Positions 9,878 through 19,127 of a stretch of 64,000 bases of DNA are shown here, piece after piece (the first letter of the stretch is position 1; each line of letters begins with the position of its first letter). The position numbers and the translations under genes were made by a program. The notes under the pieces are model-generated. The model made no database searches and had not been told where the DNA came from. It saw only the letters and a program-made list of their open reading frames with translations. This DNA is from Nitrososphaeria archaeon (GTDB lineage: Archaea > Thermoproteota > Nitrososphaeria > JACIWG01), in assembly GCA_963752255.1 (NCBI GenBank), contig CAVVXT010000019.1, forward strand, positions 224,001 through 288,000, written 5' to 3'.

Positions 9878-10354
9878 TCATGGAGATGGGAGATTTTTAG
9901 TATTTTCGAAATACCATGCAACGATGTCGTTATTCTTTAAGCTATAAGCATCCGCCCCTACCGATCCAAGTGTCCAAGAGTGTGAAGCGCTATTCCAGAC
10001 CCACCAAATCCAATAATAAGACACTGTGCTTGACACCCCATTTATTGCAGTGATAAACGAAGGCCCATAGACAGACGAGTAGTTAACATTCCCATTTGTT
10101 ACTTTGACGGTTGCATTATAGAGCGACCACCCTATGGGTATTAGCGTTTGGTTGTACCATGTTTTTGTCCCATTATTATCTAATAATATGTTTACAGTAT
10201 ATGAAACAACTCCCAACTTTGCAAGTTCCTCATTGTACTGTCTCTTCATGGTCACGTATTCTTGGTGATAGTATATTGTTGTTGCTGCAGTGATTATCGA
10301 AACAAGTAGGAAAGCAATTAGCCCTATAGTCAGTATTCTTTCGTGTTGACTCAT
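9878..10354 (-). CDS. Membrane-anchored DUF4430 domain protein (putative ECF-associated substrate-binding protein)
   Basis: N-terminal TM helix; YGPSFITAING, YWIWWVWN, GADAYSLKNNDIVAWY. Confidence 0.75.
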   Translation of the reverse strand: MSQHERILTIGLIAFLLVSIITAATTIYYHQEYVTMKRQYNEELAKLGVVSYTVNILLDNNGTKTWYNQTLIPIGWSLYNATVKVTNGNVNYSSVYGPSFITAINGVSSTVSYYWIWWVWNSASHSWTLGSVGADAYSLKNNDIVAWYFENTKNLPSP

Positions 10355-10923
10355 GCCTTGCCACCTCCTGTAAAAGTTCTTATGGCTTTAGTTAAGGGAT
10401 AGACTGCAGAAAAGAATAGGATAAAGTTACTCGCCTCATGCAGGATTCCAAAAAAGGGAGGAATAAACCACCCCACCACAATTGCGGTTACTAGTGGCAC
10501 ATCGAAGACGACTGCGAAAACAATGTTCGTGAACAGGTCGTAGATTATGGTGAGGACTAGACCCCACAGACCTATCTCAAGGCTGAATCTGAAGACGTTA
10601 AAGGTTTTTTCTGTGGTTTTATAGCTTATTCTTCCTAAGATTCCGCCCACAATTCCAAAGACAGCCTCGCCAACCATGGTCGACATCCATACGGGGAAAC
10701 TGAAGCCAAAAGGGTTTATAGCACCATACACTATCCACACCAATGCTCCAGTAGTTGCGCCTATGGATGCGCCAAATACAAAGCCGGTGATGAAGACCAC
10801 TAGATCCATGATTTTTATGTTTGGTAACCCTATGAGGGCGTAGTTCCCACCGACGCATAGGGCTGTGAGTACCGTGATTAGGCTTATGTCTCTGACCGTT
10901 AAGTGAGGGAATAAGATGTTCAT
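10351..10923 (-). CDS. ECF transporter S component (cobalamin-type by context)
   Basis: 190 aa, about 6 TM helices, PNIKIMD motif, coupled to a DUF4430 gene. Confidence 0.75.
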   Translation of the reverse strand: MNILFPHLTVRDISLITVLTALCVGGNYALIGLPNIKIMDLVVFITGFVFGASIGATTGALVWIVYGAINPFGFSFPVWMSTMVGEAVFGIVGGILGRISYKTTEKTFNVFRFSLEIGLWGLVLTIIYDLFTNIVFAVVFDVPLVTAIVVGWFIPPFFGILHEASNFILFFSAVYPLTKAIRTFTGGGKA

Positions 10924-10930
10924 AGGATGT

Positions 10931-11008
10931 TCATAACCATTGCAACGCTACGGCAGTAGCAGTTATGCTTGATATTAGCGCTATTTTTTTTATTCTATTT
11001 TCCATCAT
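10931..11008 (-). pseudogene. 25-codon leader ORF resembling the first helix of an ECF S component
   Basis: MMENRIKKIALISSITATAVALQWL* is similar to VRDISLITVLTALCV of the downstream S component; TATA-like TTTATTAA about 25 nt upstream. Confidence 0.45.
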
Positions 11009-11026
11009 GGTTGGATTATCCAACCA
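11008..11026. promoter_or_regulatory. Perfect 9-1-9 inverted repeat, putative operator of the ECF operon
   Basis: TGGTTGGAT-T-ATCCAACCA; a second half-site ATGGTTGGATT at 11067-11077. Confidence 0.6.
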
Positions 11027-11084
11027 GCTTAATAAAGTATTAAACATCTAAACCCTAAAATGAAAGATGGTTGGATTTATAAGA

Positions 11085-12434
11085 TTAGAAGGGTTCGGGA
11101 TGAATTGTAACCATGCATTCTCCGGTGTATTTCTTGATCATGTTTTCGATAACATTGATTTCTTTATGGACTTCTTCAATAGAATCTATGCCATTGAATG
11201 AGCATGTGATGTCCACATATTTGTTGCCCTTACTCTTGTAAATTTTTATTGAGGAAATCTTCTTTATCTTTTGATTGGAGGCCAGTATCCTGGTAATGGC
11301 GCTGATATCTTTCTCTTCATGAATGATTTCTCCTCTGCTTGTGTCAGATGAAGCTTCTATGTGAACTGTTGTCTTTTGAATGTTGGGGAAAAAGAGTTTA
11401 ATATCTTTTTCAATCTTTTCGGAAATCTGATGAGCCTCTGACAATGGAAGATTGGGATTAACTTCAATGTGGAGGGTTAAGAGCGTCCCTTCCTCTGTTT
11501 TTGTCGAAATTATCTGATGAACGCCTTTAACATTTTTGTTCTTCATAACAACTTTTTCGACTTTATCTGAAAAAGGCAACTCTTCCTCTGCCGGTTCGTA
11601 ATGAACCATAATCGTAGCGTTTTTAACTAAACTTTTAATCCTCTCTTCTACGGTTGACGAAATATTGTGGGCGCTCTCTATGTTGATCGTAGAAGACAAT
11701 AATATTGTAACATCAATGAAATATTTTGTTCCAACCTTCCTCATCCTAAGCGACCTAAATCCCTTAAGTCCTTCGATATTCTCTAGCAAGGATTCAACAG
11801 CTTTATACTCTCTAGCAGGAGCTATATCGCTCAATTCTATGGAAGCGTTATAGATCAGCTTTAAACTTAGAAATCCGAGCATACAGCTCAGAAACATTGA
11901 GCCAAGCGCGTCGGTGAAAACAAAGCCTAAGGATGAAAGAGTTAGACCAAATAATGCCACTATCGTTGAAGAAAAATCCGCAAGGGCATCAAAAAAGCCT
12001 ACTCTGGCAGAGATCGAGTCGCTGACATTTCTTAGAATCATGATTCTGAAAACATCTATACACAGAGTGTAAAACACAGCGACAAAAGCTAAAGCCGTAA
12101 ACTCTCTGGTTAAATGCGCGCCTTGAGAGAACCTAATTATTGATTCATAAAACAGTAGGGACGCGATTCCAAAAAGCGCAATACCTCCAAATTGTCCGCC
12201 GAGCGTTTCGATCTTCCCATGACCGTACGTATGGTCGATGTCAGGAGGCTGCAATGAGACTTTTAAAGCGTAGAGCAACACCACTGTTGTTACGGCGTCA
12301 AGGGAAGCGTGAGCTGCGTCGGTAATTACAACCAAACTATTAGCTAGGAAGCCTCCTGCGAATTCGAAAAGAGCCACTGATGAAATAGCGTAGAGAGACC
12401 ATTTGATCGCTCTAACTTTATCAAAATCGCTCAT
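11085..12434 (-). CDS. Cation diffusion facilitator with three C-terminal dimerisation domains
   Basis: DAAHASLD, PPDIDHTYGHGKIE; three repeats ending VHYEP, VHIEA, IHPEP. Confidence 0.9.
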   Translation of the reverse strand: MSDFDKVRAIKWSLYAISSVALFEFAGGFLANSLVVITDAAHASLDAVTTVVLLYALKVSLQPPDIDHTYGHGKIETLGGQFGGIALFGIASLLFYESIIRFSQGAHLTREFTALAFVAVFYTLCIDVFRIMILRNVSDSISARVGFFDALADFSSTIVALFGLTLSSLGFVFTDALGSMFLSCMLGFLSLKLIYNASIELSDIAPAREYKAVESLLENIEGLKGFRSLRMRKVGTKYFIDVTILLSSTINIESAHNISSTVEERIKSLVKNATIMVHYEPAEEELPFSDKVEKVVMKNKNVKGVHQIISTKTEEGTLLTLHIEVNPNLPLSEAHQISEKIEKDIKLFFPNIQKTTVHIEASSDTSRGEIIHEEKDISAITRILASNQKIKKISSIKIYKSKGNKYVDITCSFNGIDSIEEVHKEINVIENMIKKYTGECMVTIHPEPF

Positions 12435-12488
12435 GCGACCCTTTCTTCTCCTAAAGCAGGAGTTTTAAGTGAGAGATTTAAGGATATT

Positions 12489-13109
12489 TTATAAGTTCAG
12501 TGTTAATGCAGCCGCAAAACATCCTAGGTACGCCTGCTGAATCCTTTCAGCACCACAGATTATTATGATATCTCCATTATTAGGGGATGTCGAAATCCTG
12601 ATCTTCTCCCATGTCTCTTGTGGGTACAGAGCTTCGCAGTCTTCTCCCCCTGGAATTTTAAAGTGCTCATCTTCATATAATAATGTTATGGCACCCTTAG
12701 CTCCATACCTTATGGATTCATCTCTTTGTTCAATTCCGTAGGACACTCTTCCTCCACCCTTATCAACTCTAACTATAACACTAAACTTACCTAAAGAAAG
12801 TGAACCAAAGGATCCTTCTTTGAGCGTTGGAAATACAGACTTTAGCTTAGAAAAAAATGTTAAACCGCTTTCGCTTAATCGGACACCTTCCCTAGTTATG
12901 TTAACTATGCCCTTCTTCTTTAACCTTCTAAGCATAGTCCTAACAGAACCTTCACCAAGTCCAAGGAAATCAGAAATTTCAGAACGACTCTTGGGAGAAA
13001 ATTTACCCAACCAATAAATAAGAAGGCCTATATATATGTGGTCAAAGGATTCCATAGGACCAGTGTATTTTTTTTGATAAATATCTTGAAGCTCACTTGT
13101 TATGGTCAT
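12489..13109 (-). CDS. wHTH plus DUF4443-type putative transcriptional regulator
   Basis: LGLGEGSVRTMLRRL HTH; GIEQRDESIRYGAKGAITL motif. Confidence 0.75.
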   Translation of the reverse strand: MTITSELQDIYQKKYTGPMESFDHIYIGLLIYWLGKFSPKSRSEISDFLGLGEGSVRTMLRRLKKKGIVNITREGVRLSESGLTFFSKLKSVFPTLKEGSFGSLSLGKFSVIVRVDKGGGRVSYGIEQRDESIRYGAKGAITLLYEDEHFKIPGGEDCEALYPQETWEKIRISTSPNNGDIIIICGAERIQQAYLGCFAAALTLNL

Positions 13110-13343
13110 GATATTTTAAGAATGATGACCTGTAAGTTTATAAGGCTTAGTGTTTTTTCTTTTTAATTAAAGAATTCTCCTTTTTCTGAGTTAGAGCAGA
13201 CTTGTGATCGCAAAATTATTTGTTTTTATCAAAATACACTTAAACATAAAAGTTTTAAAAAAGAGCGGAGCATCTAAGATCGTATGTTGGCATCGACAAT
13301 TGGGAAACATCGGTTTTAGCTAATTATTAGGTCTACACTGGGC

Positions 13344-14342
13344 TTATTGAGTATCGACTATTACATAATCATTTGGGTTAGGAGTGGAGTAGCTAAGTAT
13401 AGTCAATGGTTCACTAGAGGAGACCTTGTGCTTCTTAAGGGGAAGGATGTGGATTACATCTCCTTCGCTGACCTTGATCTTTTCGTCATCCAGATCGAGG
13501 TACCCTTCACCCGAAATAATATGGATCGTCTCATCCCTTTCCCCATGATAGTGCATGGGAATGGAGCATTCTTTCATAACATAGTACTGCGTTGTCATAT
13601 ACTTGTCCGAAATCGCTATACTTTTTTCGTACCCCCAAGGCTTGTCTATTCTGTTAACGAACTCCTTTTTAACTATCTCAAGATCCTTTTGGGAGTCAAC
13701 TGATTGCCAGAATGCACCTTCTTCCATATAGTAGTTGAGCAGACCTTCTTTAGCGAGAGACGGAAACACTGCCTTTTCAACAGCTCCTTCATCAAAAGCC
13801 AGAAACCGATCTTTTATGCTACCGTCTATAATATAAATGCCTGCGTTAATATAATATGGTAAAGTAGGCTTTTCTTTGAAACCGGTTATTTTACCATTAG
13901 AAAGTTCAACTATACCGAAAGGGGAAACAAGTTTTGTTACGGCAATGCTTACAGTGTTAACAGTAAAATGATCAAGCATCTGTCTGATGTTCATGTCGGT
14001 TACAATATCACCGTTCATTACAAGATAACGTTGGAAGTCATATTCCTTAAGGAGGCTATTTATCGCATATAATGTGCCACCTGGCTTCTCCTCTATTGAG
14101 TATGTGATTTTCATGCCGTTCCAGTTTTTTCCGTATTTTTCTTCTATCTTCTCATGAAGATAACCAGAAAGAAGGCAGACCTGCCTGATCCCAGCATATT
14201 TCATTTGGAAGAGTTGTCTGTCCAAAATAGAATAATTGTCTTTTATCTCAATCAGTGACTTGGGAGTATAATCGGTAATAGGTCTTAGCCTCTTGCCCAG
14301 CCCTCCACAAAGTATTCCACCTATTATATTATTAAACATCAC
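13344..14342 (-). CDS. Sugar-phosphate nucleotidyltransferase with C-terminal cupin domain
   Basis: CGGLGKRLRPIT..PK, NGDI, EKP, INAGIY; KPWG and HYH..RDET cupin motifs. Confidence 0.88.
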   Translation of the reverse strand: MMFNNIIGGILCGGLGKRLRPITDYTPKSLIEIKDNYSILDRQLFQMKYAGIRQVCLLSGYLHEKIEEKYGKNWNGMKITYSIEEKPGGTLYAINSLLKEYDFQRYLVMNGDIVTDMNIRQMLDHFTVNTVSIAVTKLVSPFGIVELSNGKITGFKEKPTLPYYINAGIYIIDGSIKDRFLAFDEGAVEKAVFPSLAKEGLLNYYMEEGAFWQSVDSQKDLEIVKKEFVNRIDKPWGYEKSIAISDKYMTTQYYVMKECSIPMHYHGERDETIHIISGEGYLDLDDEKIKVSEGDVIHILPLKKHKVSSSEPLTILSYSTPNPNDYVIVDTQ

Positions 14343-14369
14343 GTGTACACTTTTATGTAATTCATTTTA

Positions 14370-15587
14370 CTACTTTTTTTCGAGAAGCTCTTTTACAGCC
14401 TTATTGATTCTGGCTACACCCTCCTGTATAGCTTCTGAGCTCGATGCAAAAGATAATCTGATGAAGTCGTATCCAGCTTTATCCGGAAATACAGAACCAG
14501 GCAAAGTTACAACGTAATATTTGTTTATCAGGCGCTCAACAAGATCTTCCGATGAAATTCCTGTCTCTTTAGTAAATTTGGATACGTTCGGAAACATATA
14601 GAATGCACCTTTACTGGGCCAGACCTCAAAGCTTGGGACCTGCCTAAGCAACTTTGCCATTAGATCCCTGCGTTTTTGGAAAAGCTGTATCATGCTCTTA
14701 ACAGGTTCCCACGTGCCTGTGATTGCTGCAACCGCGCCCTTCTGTGCGAAGCTTGTCGGGCAGGAGTATACATTCACGGCGAGCCTTGTTAGCTTTCTTG
14801 CGACATCTTCTTTAACGACCGTGTACCCTAAACGCCAACCTGTCATTGAGAACGTCTTGCTAAATCCATTTAAATAAACGACATAATCTTTCCAGTCGCT
14901 TTCTGTAAGAATGCTTTTAAACTCTGCATTATCGTATATGAAGTTATCGTATATTTCATCGACCAATAAAACTAAATTATTTTCCTTCACTATTTCATAA
15001 ACTTTTTTCACTTCGGAAGGTTTAAACAAAGCTCCGGTAGGATTTTGGGGGCTGTTCAAAACGATCATCTTCGTATTCTTTGTTACCGATGAGCGAATCT
15101 TCTCTACATCAAGACCGAAGCCCATTTCTGGCCCCAACCACCTGAGAGGCACAAACACCGGCTTAGCACCTACAAAGTACGCTACTTCAGAGTACGCTGG
15201 GAAAGCTGGTTCAGGGATAATGATCTCTTCACCGGGATTAAGATATGAAGCAACACTTAGAAATATAGAAGCTTTGCCACCAGGTGTGACTATGATTTCC
15301 GAGGATTTAACACCAGCTGCATACCGCCCATTAAGATATGACGCTATGCCGTCTCTTAGTTCTGGAATCCCAGCTGTTTCAGTGTAACCAGTAAAGCCTT
15401 CATCTAAAGCCTTCTTTGCTGCTTCAACAATATGAGGAAAAGTTGGAAGGTCAGGCTGACCTACGCCAAATGTGATCACGGGGAGCCCTCTGTTTGCAAG
15501 CTCTCTGGTTTTGCCTACGTAGATAAAGGCAGCTTCACCTATTAATTTTGGAATAATAGGCTTAATATTTTCGGTTGGAGATTTCAA
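14370..15587 (-). CDS. PLP-dependent class I aminotransferase (aspartate aminotransferase-like)
   Basis: GQPD, NSPQNPTG, DEIY, GFSKTFSMTGWRLG, GAFY. Confidence 0.93.
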   Translation of the reverse strand: MKSPTENIKPIIPKLIGEAAFIYVGKTRELANRGLPVITFGVGQPDLPTFPHIVEAAKKALDEGFTGYTETAGIPELRDGIASYLNGRYAAGVKSSEIIVTPGGKASIFLSVASYLNPGEEIIIPEPAFPAYSEVAYFVGAKPVFVPLRWLGPEMGFGLDVEKIRSSVTKNTKMIVLNSPQNPTGALFKPSEVKKVYEIVKENNLVLLVDEIYDNFIYDNAEFKSILTESDWKDYVVYLNGFSKTFSMTGWRLGYTVVKEDVARKLTRLAVNVYSCPTSFAQKGAVAAITGTWEPVKSMIQLFQKRRDLMAKLLRQVPSFEVWPSKGAFYMFPNVSKFTKETGISSEDLVERLINKYYVVTLPGSVFPDKAGYDFIRLSFASSSEAIQEGVARINKAVKELLEKK

Positions 15588-15666
15588 TCCAATACGCCTC
15601 TGTCTATGATGAATTTTAAGTTAATAAATTTTTGCAAAAAAGATGCAAGAAAAACTATTTTTAATA

Positions 15667-16605
15667 CTACATTGTTACATAATCTTTAGCAACATTCAAA
15701 ACGGCTCGCAAGAGATTCTGTAGTTCGTCTCCTATCATGTAAGTCATAGGCTCTAAGCCGAAGGCTCCTTCATCAAAGACAACAAACAAGGGTTCATTTT
15801 TTGATTTGATTATGTTCTTCACACCTTCTATGACACTATTCTCACTAAGCTTTCCACTATGTTCGGTCTTAGCGTAGGGAAGCTTTATTGATTGAACAAC
15901 AGACTTCAGCTTTTCATCGAACTTTACATTGATCACGGCTTTATAGTTTGGGTTCGTTCGTTGAATTTCAAGTAAAAGTTTTGCTATATGACTCTGAATT
16001 CCGAATTCAGGGGATGAAGTAGCTTTAGCCAGATTTCTAACCCGCACGATTCTTCCCGGTACCGTTGCGATATCGTCGATGGTTTCTGCTGAGCCCGATG
16101 ATGCCGCAATGTTAACGTAAACCTCAGGTATTATCGCAGCAAAGTAAGGAGACGTTTCAATTGAAGAAATAGCTCTTATCATGGATTTTATGAGCTCTCC
16201 CTTTTCCTCATTATATCTGGTGAATGAAAAGAGCTTCACACATGCTGTACAATCTTTTAAGGCAGATACTTTCTTTCTGTGTAAAGCGCAGACCTGTCCA
16301 CCTATTACAAGTTCACGCCAGATGGCGTGCAACGTTTCAACTGATCGAGGAATGTTTGATACGACATCATCCGCTAACATTTCTATATCTCTGTCCATCG
16401 ACTTCTCGTTCAAACCTATTTCCACTAACTTCTTTCTAAAGTAAGAAGGGTTTTTTCCAAGGTAATAGCTTATAGATGGCTGAGTGATTCCAAGTGACTG
16501 TGATATCTGAGTCTGCGAATATCCTCTGCCTTTCAGCTTATGGGCTACGAGGCCTCGCATGTTCGGAAGGAAATCCTTTGACATAATTTCACAAAACGAG
16601 AACAT
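15667..16605 (-). CDS. HTH regulator fused to a ThiN-like thiamine-phosphate synthase domain (ThiR-like)
   Basis: N-terminal YSQTQISQSLGITQPSISYYL, CxxH..CxxC, C-terminal IPEVYVN, VPGRI, PEFG..SH, DEGAFGLEP. Confidence 0.8.
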   Translation of the reverse strand: MFSFCEIMSKDFLPNMRGLVAHKLKGRGYSQTQISQSLGITQPSISYYLGKNPSYFRKKLVEIGLNEKSMDRDIEMLADDVVSNIPRSVETLHAIWRELVIGGQVCALHRKKVSALKDCTACVKLFSFTRYNEEKGELIKSMIRAISSIETSPYFAAIIPEVYVNIAASSGSAETIDDIATVPGRIVRVRNLAKATSSPEFGIQSHIAKLLLEIQRTNPNYKAVINVKFDEKLKSVVQSIKLPYAKTEHSGKLSENSVIEGVKNIIKSKNEPLFVVFDEGAFGLEPMTYMIGDELQNLLRAVLNVAKDYVTM

Positions 16606-16825
16606 TTAATAATCTATTTATAAAGTGGGTTATAAAAACTTAGCTTAAGAAGAATACGTTTAAGGTTACTGGTTAAACTTCTAAAAAAGCAGAATTATAT
16701 TAGAAGAGTTCGAGATTTACAATGGTTCTTTTAAGATAGGAAGTTTAGATTCCTACAATATAAATCCTATCCATTCAGACCTGCACGAAAAGATTATATT
16801 TGAATAGGATTCTGAGAAAAAGTTA

Positions 16826-17887
16826 ATGCTCTACGTCATCCACACAACGGGGCAGTGCAACCTAAAATGTGCCTATTGTGGTGGAAGTTTTCCAAAACAG
16901 ATCGTGCCATGGGAGATAAAGTATAGTATCAGCTCTCTTAAAGAAATCGCTAAACGAGAAGAAATAGACATCTGCTTCTATGGAGGAGAACCGCTATTAA
17001 ACGCGGAGTTCATAAAAGAAGTGATCAAATGTGTTCCTGCCAAGAGGTTTATTGTACAGACGAATGGCCTTCTAGTAAAGGAATTTGATCCAAAATTCTG
17101 GGAAAACTTCGATACAATTCTTCTTTCAATAGACGGCGTTAGGGACGTCACAGATTTCTATCGTGGTGAAGGCATCTACGATAGAGTAGTTGAAGCAGCG
17201 CACATTCTCAAGGAAAGTGGGTATAGGGGCGATGTTGTTGCGAGAATGGCACTGGCCGAGGAAGGAGATATTTTTAGAGACGTAACCCATCTCCTTTCTC
17301 TAAACCTTTTCGATCACGTACATTGGCAATTGAATGTGGTTTGGAGCCAAGCTTGGAAAAATTTCGAAAAATGGGCTGAAACTAATTACATGCCAGGCAT
17401 AAAAAAGCTGGTCTATTATTGGATAAGTAACATGCAAGAGGGAAGAGTGTTGGGGATCGCGCCTTTCCAGGGTGTTTTAAGAAGGATGATCTATGGGGGA
17501 GTGGTACCACCGTGCGGTGCAGCTACTGACATGCTTTCAATATCAACAGATGGGCGAATTCTAGCATGCCCGATAGCTTTCGAAGAAAGATGGGCCGAAC
17601 TTTCCACTTTGGATGGGAATAAGAAGAATTTCAGAACATGCTTTATCAAAGAACCGTGTACTGACTGCGATGTCTTCAAAGAATGTGGAGGAAGATGTCT
17701 TTACGCCTACATGGAAAGGTTTTGGGGGGAAGATGGATTCAATAAGATCTGCGAAATAACTAAGGAACTAATATTTATGATCAGAAGCGAAAGGAACAAA
17801 ATACTTTATTTAGTAAGCAGAGGAAAAATCAAGGAGGAAGAACTCTTTTACCCAAGCTATAACAATTCAATAGAAATAATCCCTTAG
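16826..17887 (+). CDS. Radical SAM/SPASM protein (AF0577-like)
   Basis: CNLKCAYC, YGGEPLL, QTNG; C-terminal CGA..ACP..CTDC....CGGRC. Confidence 0.88.
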   Translation: MLYVIHTTGQCNLKCAYCGGSFPKQIVPWEIKYSISSLKEIAKREEIDICFYGGEPLLNAEFIKEVIKCVPAKRFIVQTNGLLVKEFDPKFWENFDTILLSIDGVRDVTDFYRGEGIYDRVVEAAHILKESGYRGDVVARMALAEEGDIFRDVTHLLSLNLFDHVHWQLNVVWSQAWKNFEKWAETNYMPGIKKLVYYWISNMQEGRVLGIAPFQGVLRRMIYGGVVPPCGAATDMLSISTDGRILACPIAFEERWAELSTLDGNKKNFRTCFIKEPCTDCDVFKECGGRCLYAYMERFWGEDGFNKICEITKELIFMIRSERNKILYLVSRGKIKEEELFYPSYNNSIEIIP

Positions 17888-18102
17888 ACAAAATTTTTTC
17901 TTCTAATTTCTAACTGAACCGCTAAGAATTCCCGTCTCCTTTCCACTAAAGTGTCATCGGGGTCTAATGTATATAGTGTACAAAAAGGTTGATAAAATCA
18001 AAACAGGCCTAAGGTTTAAACATGATACGTTGACAAAAATTCTTGCGTTGACGTTTACGGAATGTCAGCTAAATGTTAGTGCTAGAATTTCCAGGTTCTC
18101 AG

Positions 18103-18206
18103 CGCCGGAAGGGGGAGTTGAACCCCCATGACTCTTTCGAGTCAATGGCTTTCAGTCAATCCTGTTGATTCCAGGCCATCGCCCTACCAGGTTAGGCGAT
18201 CCCGGC
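18103..18206 (-). tRNA. tRNA-Ser(GGA) with an 18-nt intron (18151-18168) at position 37/38
   Basis: Acceptor GCCGGGA/TTCCGGC plus discriminator G, anticodon stem ATGGC/GCCAT, long variable arm TGACTC-GAAA-GAGTCA, T arm GGGGG-TTCAACT-CCCCC; CCA not encoded. Confidence 0.93.
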
Positions 18207-18748
18207 ACGAGTATACCTAACATATTTCTGCTAGTCTTCACTATTACTGTGAGAGTCGAAGTGGTGGGTATAAAACTTTTTTAGAGGTGTCTAGGAAATC
18301 AGCGCGTAGTAGAAGCGCTATTTTCTTTAGAGCTTCCGGTAATCTCTATCTACTGCCAACAGCTTATGTATTATAGTAAGATTGTTAATTTTTGATAGGA
18401 ACTCTAGATATCTAAAACAAACTGAAGTGCAGCATCATTTCCTTAAATCTTATAAGAATACTATAAGATAAAAATTTTTAAAAATGCCTAATAAAATTAA
18501 CAGATATCCCAGTACAATATTTAGAATCGTAAAGCCTGCTAAAGGAACTTAGAAGCTTATGCCACCCTTGAAAGCAAGAGCCTAAACTGTGTACATAAAC
18601 GACATTTACCTTAACAGATCTTCGGGAGGAAGGGACGTTCAAAGTTAGAAGGAAATCAGCACATAGATTCCATATCGATTTCTATATAGAATCCATGTAT
18701 AGATATGCAGATATCTATAGATAGAGGCAGACAGCTATATGTAATTGT

Positions 18749-19023
18749 ATGTCTGCGATAAAAAGAGGGAAGAAAGGGAGAACACACTATCCCCAATCCT
18801 ACTACCAATACAATGAAAGAAAATCAGGCATTTTTATCCGGCTTACAAAAGAGAAAAAGGAAGCATTAGATAAGTACAAGGGAACGATGAGCTACGGAGA
18901 AGCTATTGGAATTCTGGTGGATAGTTATAATATAAATAAAATAATTATGAAGAGGAATATATAAACTTCAAGAAACAAGCTTTTGACGAAAAAATGGAGG
19001 ATATAACAAATAAACTGTTCTAA
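18749..19023 (+). CDS. Small putative DNA-binding protein (RHH/antitoxin-like); probable frameshift near 18938
   Basis: IFIRLTKEKKEALDKYKGTMSYGEAI beta-alpha-alpha pattern; the -1 frame continues NYEEEYINFKKQAFDEKMEDITNKLF*. Confidence 0.45.
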
Positions 19024-19127
19024 AATCAGCCTTAAGTGATAATAAAAGCAGATGATAGCTGAAGTAATATAGAACAATAAAACTTTATTAATTGCAAGAA
19101 TTGTTTTTTTTATAATAGTGAGTATAT

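Noticed and set aside
9878-9880. Selenocysteine recoding of the in-frame TGA
   Set aside because: It lies in a linker rather than a Cys-equivalent site, and no archaeal SECIS-like hairpin was recognised.
10924-11084. Cobalamin riboswitch upstream of the ECF genes
   Set aside because: The region is short and AT-rich and lacks a B12-box-like sequence.
17968-18131. Short ORF after the radical SAM gene as a precursor peptide
   Set aside because: It runs antisense into the tRNA, has no SD and lacks precursor-like composition.
18103-18150. tRNA-Ser 3' end as the att site of an integrated element
   Set aside because: No second copy noticed in the window, and the accessory region lies on the tRNA 5' side.
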